From assembly GCA_051294375.1 (NCBI GenBank), contig CM119267.1:2519315-2583314 (forward strand): a stretch of DNA of 64,000 bases, written 5' to 3'. This DNA is from Paraspadella gotoi (Eukaryota; Animalia; Chaetognatha). Both the position numbers and the translations under genes were made by a program. Positions 54,679 through 64,000 of this stretch are shown piece after piece (position 1 is the stretch's first letter; every line of letters begins with the position of its first letter). The notes under the pieces were generated by a model. It did not search any database and was not told the DNA's origin. It worked only from the letters and a program-made list of their open reading frames with translations.

Positions 54679-57476
54679 AATCCCTACCTGCTCAAACAGG
54701 GTTCGTCCGCGATCGTGTACATCCGAAAATCCCGAATCAAAACGTATTTTTGGTTATAATTCCGACCTGAAAATAAAAATATGAAAACAAATTGAAAAAA
54801 AAAAAACACCTTTAAAAAATAATTATTGTAGAGCCACTTTGGACTTTGCAGAGGCTATGGACAGTTTTGTGGGTTGACTTTCTTAGAAGATAGCAGCAAT
54901 ACTGTATTAGCGTTTGCCCTAGTGGCAGAACGGCTCGACGTCCGACGGCTAAAGATTCGATATCTTTGTCTCAACTTTCCCGATTTCGCGATCGAGATTC
55001 GCGTCGACGAATAATTTGAAGAAGAAGGGAAAAGAGTGGTCGAGACTATCTGTATTGTTTTTCATAACGTTTGAATTTAAAATTTAGACAATATTAAGTT
55101 GCCTCGAAGTTACGACATCGAACGGTTTCAAGATCACATATTTTACGTTTTATCTTCATTTGTTTACAAACGAATTAAACTGCTTTCAACTCGTCACCCG
55201 TTTTTGTCATAATAAACGACTTTTGAAACTTCGATCGTCGTCAGTAAGAAAGTGAGGCAACTCAAACACTTTGCAAGCTTTCAAACAAGAATTTCTCACA
55301 CTATAGTTTGTTAATTCCAAATTAATCAAATTTATCTATCTTTAATTTTATAAAAAAAATTTCATAAACATAACATTTGAAAAAAAAACCTTTTTTATAT
55401 AACTCTTCTCAGTAAGTCCTAACAACTCAATTGCAAGCCTTGTGGAGTAAACATAACGAGTGAAACTAGGCTCGATTTCTGAGAAATGCGTCCCAGCGAA
55501 TGTGTTCCCCTCGTCGAGAAGAAATTCATCAAAAGACGAAAAACGAAGAAAACAATTTCATGAAGGAGGAGGAAGAGGAGGAGGAGGAGGAGGAAGATGA
55601 GGAGGAGGAGTGAATATAAAAGTCACTTTTTGGTCGGTCGGTTCGTCTGTATATCCATCGGTCTGACCTAATTAGGTTTTAAATGCTTATAAGTATTAAC
55701 CATTTTAATTAATATTTGATAGTGAGGTGACATGCATATTTCATACTTGTGCAGTAACGTGGTCAACTGAAAATATAATCAAATAAGCAAATAATGAATA
55801 TATGGTTCATACTTTTTTAGTTATATAACCATTAATAAACATGTGATGAGAGAATCAATGCGGTTTGTTTTGTTTAAGATTTCGTTGTCTTAGTTAATTA
55901 CTAACTTCAAGTGATATGTTCTACATGTTCCATTCTACTAAAGTGGAACTTGGAATGAATGCACATAAAAAAGTTTAACACCTTGAACTTTTCCGGTTTT
56001 ATTTTTTTTTCCAGCCCGACCTTTTATTTTAACTTTTTTCACCTCCTTCTTTTAATATAAACCATTCCCTTGAAACATTCACAAAAGTTTAACCTCTCTC
56101 TCTCTCTCTCTCTCTCTNNNNNNNNNNNNNNNNNNNNNNNNNNNNNNNNNNNNNNNNNNNNNNNNNNNNNNNNNNNNNNNNNNNNNNNNNNNNNNNNNNN
56201 NNNNNNNNNNNNNNNNNNNNNNNNNNNNNNNNAACGGAGACTTGGCGGGATTCACCTGTTGAGAGGAAGCCTTTTTCCAAGAGGCAAGAAATCTTTCTCC
56301 GTAGCTCGTCCTTTTATTTGATCTTTACTCTGGCGTCGTCACGTAATAACGAATAAATTCGTGAAATATTTGGTTATTTTAGGTAATACTTTACAGATAA
56401 ATGGTTTACGGAAAAGACAAAAACAATCATATAAGATTACATTCTTTGAAATGTTTTACCACTTCATTCATAGGGAAGTCGGGTACAGTTTGTAAACAAG
56501 ACTGGGATAGAGTCTTGATTAAAAGCTTGCAGCTTGCTATGTCATTATCACAACGCAGAGAATGGATTATCAAGTGGCTTGCCCCTCTTGGCGCCTTCCT
56601 TCGTTGATCATGTAAGAGTGATCGAGGCCTGACACCACCAAAGCCTGTCCAAAGTCACTTTATTAAATGAATAAATAATTTTTATATTGGTAGTACTAAT
56701 ATCTTAACTTCACGAGGCAAATAAGACGTTCGTTTTGCAAAACTTTCGTATTTGTGAATTCGCTTTTTTTTTTATTATTCGAATTTGAAGCTTTTGGACA
56801 AAATTACGTTTTTCCCCCCTCTCATCCCCTTTCCCACTTCGGCTTTATTTTCCGAAAGCGCCTTATTTCAGATTTTATTTTATTAAATTTATTTGAAATT
56901 ATGGTTGAGAATATAGTTATAGTTATTGTTAAGGATAAAAATGAGGTATAACATTTAAGATTAAGAGATTAAGTTAAGAATTAAGGTTAAAGATTAGGGA
57001 TTGCATTTAGTGAGTTAACGTTGAGGATTAATATTTGCAATTAGATTAAATGTTTTAAAAAAGATCAAAATTAGTTATTAAAATTAAAATTAAGTCAACG
57101 AATTAAAAAACAGGAATTGTTGACGGTTTTAGGACAAAATGCGCTCCAACTTCCCTCCCGTTCCTCCATTCTTCTCACTTCCTCCTCTTCTAATTTCTTT
57201 CAACTGTCGCAGATTTTTTGGACAACATATTTCGAGAAAAAGCAAGAAAGACATTTTAGTTGTCCCGCTTTTCTCTCGCCTTTCACTTAGAACATACTCT
57301 CTCTCTCTCTCTCTCTCTCTACTCCTCTCTCTCTCCCTCTCTTCTCTCTCTCTCTTCTCTCCCTCTATTTCTATTTTTCCCTTTCATCGTTTCTCATCTA
57401 CTCCTATTTTCCCCGCCAAAGATTTCCTGAATTATTTTTTCTGTTTCTCTCTCTCTCATCTCTCTCTCTCCTCTCT

Positions 57477-57512
<36 letters not shown>

Positions 57513-57814
57513 CTCTCTCACCTCTTTTTCCTCTCTTGTCGAAATTGAATTTTTTTTTCCATTTTAAAGAAAAAAAAGGAAACCCATGAGTTTTGTAAAG
57601 AAAAAAAGTTTAATATATATTTTAAATAAATAATTAAAAAGCGAATAATTATAAATTAAAAAGCGAAACATTTTGATCCTTTCGCCCTACTTGGCGACTC
57701 AAAAACTTCTCTCTCTCTATCTTGTCTCTTCTCTCTAACCCAAGAATGTCTTCAAACAACAACAAAAACCCTCACTGCTGGTAGATAAACCTCTCTCTTC
57801 TCTTCTCTCTCGCC

Positions 57815-57852
<38 letters not shown>

Positions 57853-60783
57853 CTAACCTGGGACGTCTTCAATCAACAGTTTGTACTTTTGAAGGCCCTG
57901 GCAAAGAGACGATTATGGACGCGCTGCTCGGCCGACGGACCAAGGAGTGAGTACGATGGGACGTGGACGAGCGTCTTCCCGAAGCTGTGCCTTCCATGCG
58001 ACCCTGTGAGTAAAGAAAGATGTGATACGAGGTGATGAAGATAAAAAGATGAATACGATTTATCAAGGGGCTTAGCCACATTAACTTTCCTTAATGTGCA
58101 CACTTTTCCAATTAATCACGTAATTTCATACGTAGTCTATATATATACACGTATATATACACACTAGCATCTCGTCAAAATGAATTATGAAGTATTGTAA
58201 AGTATGTATTGAATTTATGGTTAATTGAAAATGGTGAAACAATATAAAAATTAACCATTCATTAAATAAATTAGCTATCTTGCCCCTGAACATTGCTATG
58301 CTGGTTTAGGCCTCCTTCTTACAAGATTTACATAGCAGGTCCATGCAGGCTTTCAATCATGACTCACACACAGTCTCGTATATTCACTCCCAGATTTCCT
58401 GGCCTCCCTGTCAATGGAGTAGAATAATGTTTCAAAGAATATTTCAATCGGCCAAAAAGTGATATAAAATTGTATAATATTGTATAAAAATTCAAAGTGA
58501 GCAGAAAAACAGACCGACCAACCGAAAATTGATTTAAATAGAGTCGCTAAAAAAAAAACTAAAAAAAGACCTGAAATTTGTAGGAGGTAGGTCCGTCTGA
58601 TGGGACGTTGCCGAGAAAGTTGTCCGATCGGCTCTTGAAGGAAAATCTGAATTGAAATTGTAGCCGCGGTCAAGTAGAAAACTTAAATATCTAATCAAAT
58701 TAATGAATGAAATTATGTTTGATTCGAATGAGAAATAATAGGCGCTAAATTCTCTGATCTTAGTAATTTCTTCAGACGCTCCTTACGAACTCGGGGCGTC
58801 ACGTCGTTGACATGAAAACAAAACAACAAAAAAAAACCCAAAGTTTTCACGATCTTCAAAACCTGCAAATGAGTTTGGGATTAGGAAACTCGTAGGCGAT
58901 CCATTGGGCGGGAGGAAACCCCCTGTCGGAATGCCACTCGGCAAAGGGACCCTCGAACGCGTTGCGCGGCCCCGTGACGTTATTGAAGGAGGAACTCGAA
59001 GTGGCTCNNNNNNNNNNNNNNNNNNNNNNNNNNNNNNNNNNNNNNNNNNNNNNNNNNNNNNNNNNNNNNNNNNNNNNNNNNNNNNNNNNNNNNNNNNNNN
59101 NNNNNNNNNNNNNNNNNNNNNNNNNNNNNNNNNNNNNNNNNNNNNNNNNNNNNNNNNNNNNNNNNNNNNNNNNNNNNNNNNNNNNNNNNNNNNNNNNNNN
59201 NNNNTACGGGAAGGTTGAGGACGGCCGTAAACCGCCTTGGCGGGTTATAAACCAAGCCTAATTCAGGACCCGTTTCTTGGCGAGCGTGGATAGTCTTCAT
59301 CTAACAAATACGATAATCTACTGNNNNNNNNNNNNNNNNNNNNNNNNNNNNNNNNNNNNNNNNNNNNNNNNNNNNNNNNNNNNNNNNNNNNNNNNNNNNN
59401 NNNNNNNNNNNNNNNNNNNNNNNNNNNNNNNNNNNNNNNNNNNNNNNNNNNNNNNNNNNNNNNNNNNNNNNNNNNNNNNNNNNNNNNNNNNNNNNNNNNN
59501 NNNNNNNNNNNNNNNNNNNNNNNNNNNNNNNNNNNNNNNNNNNNNNNNNNNNNNNNNNNNNNNNNNNNNNNNNNNNNNNNNNNNNNNNNNNNNNNNNNNN
59601 NNNNNNNNNNNNNNNNNNNNNNNNNNNNNNNNNNNNNNNNNNNNNNNNNNNNNNNNNNNNNNNNNNNNNNNNNNNNNNNNNNNNNNNNNNNNNNNNNNNN
59701 NNNNNNNNNNNNNNNNNNNNNNNNNNNNNNNNNNNNNNNNNNNNNNNNNNNNNNNNNNNNNNNNNNCGCATTTGTATTAATTTGTACTTTTTTACTAATC
59801 CTTAGTATTAGTTGCTTGAATTTTAAATTTCTGTTTTATTTTTCTTTTATTTGTTCAATTTTTTGCTATCTTTTCAATTTTCTTATTTCCTCTTCACAGA
59901 CTTCTTTTAAAACATTTTCGTCTAGACATGTTTTTTATTTTTCTTTCTCTACTTTCCATTTTTTTTCGTCATTCTTAATCTTAAGCTACCGTTATTTCTC
60001 ATAAAAATTTTTAGCGACGGAGGTCAGTGAGATGGGCAAGAGAGCCGCAGAACACAGCGACGGACGCTTCTGCAGTGTTTTAATCGGGTTGTGTTATTCT
60101 TATAAAATAATGGAGTTCTAGCCTGGGTGGGAGGTGCGAGGCACAACACCGTTTTTTAAAGAATTCGGGATAGGAGGCAAATGACGGGAACAAATCCCAG
60201 ATCACTAGGCACACTGAGTGGTGGGGGAAACCCCCCCCCTTCCGCTTCCCGGTTCAAGAGTGGTTGGGCAAGCGTGGCGATGAATTTTAATTCTTTTACT
60301 CCCCTCACACACCAAAAAAAGAAAATGACAAAAAGGAAATCTAATTGAAAAAAGAAAGAAAAATAAATATAGAAAAAGGAAAAAAGTAAAAGACAAAAAG
60401 GAAATATAATGAAAAAAAGAAAGAAACAGAAATAAAGGAAAAGGAAAAAAAGAAAAAGAAAAGAAAATGGAATAAAGAAAAAGGGATTTTGTCAAGATCG
60501 ACGGAAAGAAATCCGTTTTACGGGAGAAATTCAAGTCGCAGTCATAAAATCTCATTTGCATGAGGAAGAGGAGGAGGAAGAGGAGGAGGAAGAGGAAGAG
60601 GAGAGGAGGGCGGAGAGGAAGAGGAGGGAGAAGAGGAAGAGGAAAGGGAGGGAGAAAAAACGAGGAGAGAGAGAGATGGAAAGAAAGAGAGAGAGAAAGA
60701 GAGAAATACAGGTATAAAGTGAAGAGTGTGAGAGAGAAATGAAGAGAGAGAAATTCAGGGATGTAAGGGTAAAAAAGAGAAAA

Positions 60784-60826
<43 letters not shown>

Positions 60827-61516
60827 CACCACGCGATGACGACGCCGACCCAAAAATCTCGCACGTGTCTCCGCTCCAACCGACGGCGCATGCGCATTTA
60901 AATTCCGCCACCCCGTCTGGGGAAAATGGAAAGGGGGATGAGGAATGTGGAAGGGAGGAAGTGGAAAATGGGAGGTGGAGATGGAAGTGGAAAATGGAAG
61001 GTGGAAAGGGGAAGTTGAAAATGAGATGTGGAAGGGGGCGGTGGAAAGAGGGAGGTGGAAGGAAGTGCAAAATGGAAGGTAGAAGGGAGGAAGTGTAACG
61101 TGGAAAGGAGGAAGTGGAAAGTGAAAAGATGGAGGTCGAGAGAGGAAGAAACAAGAGGAAGACAAATCAAGACAGATTTATTATGTAGAACCACGACGAC
61201 GACGACGACGATGACCACCTGTGCAGATTCCATTGTTTTTGCAGGGAGACGAAGCGCAGTCGTCAAAATCACCCAGAGTTTTGATTACATCGTCGCCGTT
61301 GCAGGGCGACGACGACGACGACGACGACGACGATGATGAAGACGAGCATAAACATAACATTGAGTTTTTTTGTCGAGTGCAGGGACGAGCTGGAATTATC
61401 TGAAAGATAAATTATCGAACGATTACTTAATACTTATTTAATATTAAATTTGATCTGAACGCTGAAAATAGTAATATTGATAAAAAAATGATGATAATAA
61501 TAATAAAATGATAACG

Positions 61517-61554
<38 letters not shown>

Positions 61555-61998
61555 TCTTCCCACAGAGACCTGAGTGCCAGGGCTGCAGCCTCTGTACACG
61601 ATCTTAACACCTTCGCCAAGATCCTCCAACTTAGTGAAGCACAACCCGTTGCAGTCGACCGTCGAGACGCCGGCGTTCGACGCCACGGCGAAGGTGCAGT
61701 CGGCAGAATAGGAAGAGCACGAGTAGCACCTTCGATTCGCAGTTTGTCTTTTGTTTCTCGCCAAAGATTTCTCGTTGTCCCTTTTAAAATTCCAGATGTC
61801 GCTCCGATGCAGGGAACTGTTCTTTTTTTCGACGGCGTCGGTAAAGTAGACTTTACTGTAGGCGGTGAAGTTGGCGATGGAGATGACGACATTGGTTGAG
61901 TCGTCGTTGCCTCTTTTAGCGGCGCCACTGATGCCAGAACCAAGAGATATTGCCGTGAGTAGACAGGAAAGCTTCAATGAAGACAACGACGAAGGCAT
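50517..61998 (-). CDS. Spliced gene (at least 9 exons, about 530 aa visible): secreted protein SP-propeptide-LU/three-finger-EGF-F5/8C-like-EGFx3
   Basis: Exons 61998-61570, 61399-61219, 60916-60830, (gap)59007-58863, 58646-58571, 58003-57858, 54766-54688, 54594-54452, 50815-50517. GT-AG sites are phase-compatible and domains read continuously across junctions, except that the exon 4 acceptor lies in Ns and exon 6 needs two 1-nt corrections. Confidence 0.85.
53600..53820 (-). mobile_element. tRNA-derived SINE-like element (tRNA-Lys/Met-like head)
   Basis: Minus strand ACCCGGTGGCTCATTGAGTAATACCATCAGCTCATGAATCTCAGGTACCGGGATCGAATCCC carries A-box and B-box-like motifs but no convincing cloverleaf. 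Related sequence at 34680-34775 and 59204-59260. Confidence 0.6.
54452..54594 (-). CDS. Exon 8: EGF2 and first half of EGF3
   Basis: ccctctttcag|A; PCNGAATCINLGQDFVCECPPFYGGKTCDVLVDACGSSPCLNGGTCK; 143 nt, phase 2 to 1; donor G|GTAAGT. Confidence 0.92.
54688..54766 (-). CDS. Exon 7: end of F5/8C-like domain and start of EGF2
   Basis: ttttattttcag|GT; GRNYNQKYVLIRDFRMYTIADEPCLSR; 79 nt, phase 1 to 2; donor AG|GTAGGG. Confidence 0.85.
56440..56700 (+). mobile_element. Family A copy within an intron
   Basis: accacttcatt..agagtcttgattaaaagcttgcag..aaagcctgtccaaagtca. Confidence 0.7.
57858..58003 (-). CDS. Exon 6: F5/8C-like domain; contains stops in all frames as assembled
   Basis: Good acceptor (ctttactcacag) and donor (CAG|GTTAGA). 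Adding one G to the opening G-run and one A to TTCAAAAG gives GSHGRHSFGKTLVHVPSYSLLGPSAEQRVHNRLFARAFKKYKLLIEDVP, phase 0 to 1, matching both neighbours. Confidence 0.65.
58235..58450 (-). mobile_element. Family A copy within an intron
   Basis: ccattcattaaataa..gctatcttgccc..catagcaggtcc..ctttcaatca..tattcactcccag. Confidence 0.7.
58571..58646 (-). CDS. Exon 5: middle of F5/8C-like domain
   Basis: tttcaattcag|A; RFSFKSRSDNFLGNVPSDGPTSYKFQ; 76 nt, phase 2 to 0; donor CAG|GTCTTT. Confidence 0.75.
58863..59007 (-). CDS. Exon 4 (5' end hidden in Ns): N-terminal part of F5/8 type C-like domain
   Basis: ATSSSSFNNVTGPRNAFEGPFAEWHSDRGFPPAQWIAYEFPNPKLIC; AF(D/E)G..WHS..QWI.Y.F pattern; donor AG|GTTTGA, phase 2. 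Confidence 0.8.
60830..60916 (-). CDS. Exon 3: second half of EGF1
   Basis: ttttccccag|AC; DGVAEFKCACAVGWSGDTCEIFGSASSSR; 87 nt, phase 1 to 1; donor G|GTGAGT. Confidence 0.9.
61219..61399 (-). CDS. Exon 2: end of LU domain (CLC-S13-PCN) and start of EGF1
   Basis: ttatctttcag|ATA; IIPARPCTRQKNSMLCLC(S)13PCNGDDVIKTLGDFDDCASSPCKNNGICT; 181 nt, phase 0 to 1; donor G|GTGGTC. Confidence 0.88.
61570..61998 (-). CDS. Exon 1: signal peptide, propeptide, RNKR furin-type site, N-terminal part of LU/three-finger domain
   Basis: ATG at 61998; MPSSLSSLKLSCLLTAISLGSGISG...ARNKR|QTANRRCYSCSSYSADC...CNGLCFTK...VYRGCSPGTQ; donor CAG|GTCTCT, phase 0. Confidence 0.88.
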
Positions 61999-63436
61999 CT
62001 TGTAGTATTACGAGAGTTTTTGACAAATCAAAATTTTTTTTTTGTACTAGACATAAAATTATGTTATAAACTGATGGAAACTAATTCATTTCCTTGATGA
62101 TGATTCAAACTGAAAAGAAAGTTAGTTTTTCGTTAGTATTGAGTAACTCACTTTTGATCGTTTAAATCCAGAAAAAGAAATTAAAACAAAACAAATCTTA
62201 AAGAAGTTACGGAGAGTTGGTTTCACGGCGGGCTCCGGCTTCCCACCCCACACGGGGGGGGGTATAGCTCATATCTCTCTGCGTTGGNNNNNNNNNNNNN
62301 NNNNNNNNNNNNNNNNNNNNNNNNNNNNNNNNNNNNNNNNNNNNNNNNNNNNNNNNNNNNNNNNNNNNNNNNNNNNNNNNNNNNNNNNNNNNNNNNNNNN
62401 NNNNNNNNNNNNNNNNNNNNNNNNNNNNNNNNNNNNNNNNNNNNNNNNNNNNNNNNNNNNNNNNNNNNNNNNNNNNNNNNNNNNNNNNNNNNNNNNNNCA
62501 TTACAAAACGAATGATAATCAAATTCAAAGTCACAACGGAAAGTTTCGTCGATTTGAAAAAAAANNNNNNNNNNAAGATTTGGCGAAGATTGTGAAAGGT
62601 TTTGGACCGAGTTTTTTTAACTCAACGAAAATTGGTTGATTTAGTCAAGAAAAACTTTTTTTTTTAGTTTCATCGCGAGAATCTAACGGTAAATCCCAAG
62701 AAAAAACGGGAACAAACATTTGTGTTCTGAGATTGAATTTCAATAGAAAAGGGTGAGAAAAAAGAAAGAGAGAGAGAGAGAGACGGGTTGAAAGAAAAAG
62801 AGAGAGAGAGAGACGGGTTGAAAGAAAAAGGGGGAACAAAAAAAAAGAAAAATTAAAGAGAAAAAAGAAAACCGTGATGGAAAAAGTTTTGAAGAAAGTT
62901 TCTGTATATTTCTCGTTCATAATTACTACATTTCGATAATTTTTTCGGACTTCTTCAAAATTAGACAATTCTTAGCTTCTTGCAAAAGTTTAAACTGTTT
63001 ATCCGCTGAAAATTCGTTTTTGAATGAAATAAAGAAATGAAATTAAAGTTTATAAACCTACGAAAGAAAAAAATTATGAAAAAAGTAAAAAAATATATAT
63101 ACGTCCGTTATGATCAAGAGTTGTATATAATATAGATATTATTAAAATCAATTGATAAATTGACAAATCAGTGTTCATTTTTACACTAAAATATAAATAA
63201 AAGTTATCAATTAGTCGAGTTTCATTGGCAAACAATTTTATTAGTGGAGACTGAAACTCGACCGAGAGAAATACGATTAAAAACCATTTTAACGTGAGCT
63301 GTAAAATTTACAAACATACTTATATATTTGATCATTTGTTAAAACGTTTTTTCAAACTTTGCAAATCTTGATACACTAATTAAAGCATTTCCGATTTTTC
63401 GTTCCCACTCAATAGAATTAGAAAATTAGATTTCGT

Positions 63437-64000
63437 TTACTTCCTCCTACTCTCCCGCCAATCGGACGCGCAGCAAAGCCAGCTGCACCAGCTGCAGTTA
63501 CACATTGACTGCAGGTCGTTCTGCTTCCCGCGAATCCTTTCTTCGATCCCTCGTAACTTCTCCTCCTTGACGAGTTCCTTGGCCGGTCCTTCGGGCGCCG
63601 TCTCGTCGTATCTCTTCAACAATTCGTTCTTGAGATCGACGAGGTCGTCCAATGACCTCGTCTTGCATCGGCAGCAGCAGCAGTCGACGACGGCGGCGTC
63701 CATGTCTCGCCCGAGTTGGTCGCAGAGATCTTCGATGACGTCGAGGGATTGGAGACGCGACTTGTCCCGATTAGACTCGGCCTTCTCCTCGAACATCCGT
63801 CGACACTCGGTCTCGACGAGATGGCGCTGACGACGACGAGTTTCTTCGTCGCGGATCACGAGCGTCATGGCGTCGAAGCGGCTCAGAGCGCCCTCCAGCG
63901 CCGACGCGTGGCAGGAGGAGAGCCGCGCCTCGGAGCAGGGCAGCTGCAGCTCGAGAAACAAAGTTTTGTAGAGGGCGAAACTTTCGTCTCTGATGAGAAA
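63437..64000 (-). CDS. Guanylate-binding protein (GBP)-like large GTPase, C-terminal helical region (5'-truncated by the window edge)
   Basis: Frame open from 64000 to the stop at 63437: FLIRDESFALYKTLFLELQLPCSEARLSSCHASALEGALSRFDAM...KAESNRDKSRLQSLDVIEDL...DLKNELLKRYDETAPEGPAKELVKEE. Resembles by eye the GBP C-terminal pattern (human GBP1 AIAHYEQQMGQKVQLPTETLQELLDLH..A..F and L..KY..P.KG). GC-rich, coding-like composition. Confidence 0.72.
   Translation of the reverse strand, partial: FLIRDESFALYKTLFLELQLPCSEARLSSCHASALEGALSRFDAMTLVIRDEETRRRQRHLVETECRRMFEEKAESNRDKSRLQSLDVIEDLCDQLGRDMDAAVVDCCCCRCKTRSLDDLVDLKNELLKRYDETAPEGPAKELVKEEKLRGIEERIRGKQNDLQSMCNCSWCSWLCCASDWRESRRK

Noticed and set aside
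55405-56320. Open stretches EGNTFAGTHFSEIEPSFTRYVYSTRLAIELLG and SKDQIKGRATEKDFLPLGK in the intron
   Set aside because: Weak or phase-incompatible splice sites; the F5/8C-like domain reads continuously without them.

Overview
Repeat-rich, intron-containing eukaryotic (metazoan invertebrate-like) DNA with many N blocks and several insertion-rich, error-prone segments. Almost all ORF-track entries are microsatellite translations. Manual splicing supports three minus-strand genes. (1) The 3' part of a guanylate-binding-protein (GBP)-like gene at 63437-64000 with an unusual Cys-rich tail. (2) A gene of at least 9 exons at 50517-61998 encoding a secreted mosaic protein: signal peptide, propeptide with furin site, 10-Cys three-finger (LU/Ly6) domain, EGF, an intron-split F5/8C/CBM32-like domain and three more Notch-type EGFs. 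(3) The 3' half of an aminoacylase-1-like gene at 29720-32038, full of small indels. The window also holds a 1.7-kb insertion with a 9-bp target-site duplication whose empty site appears in a duplicate copy, a paired RFX X-box element, a tRNA-derived SINE family, other dispersed repeats, minisatellites, a possible Asp/Glu-rich exon, and three local duplications that may be assembly artefacts. All homology calls are from motif recognition by eye; no searches were run.
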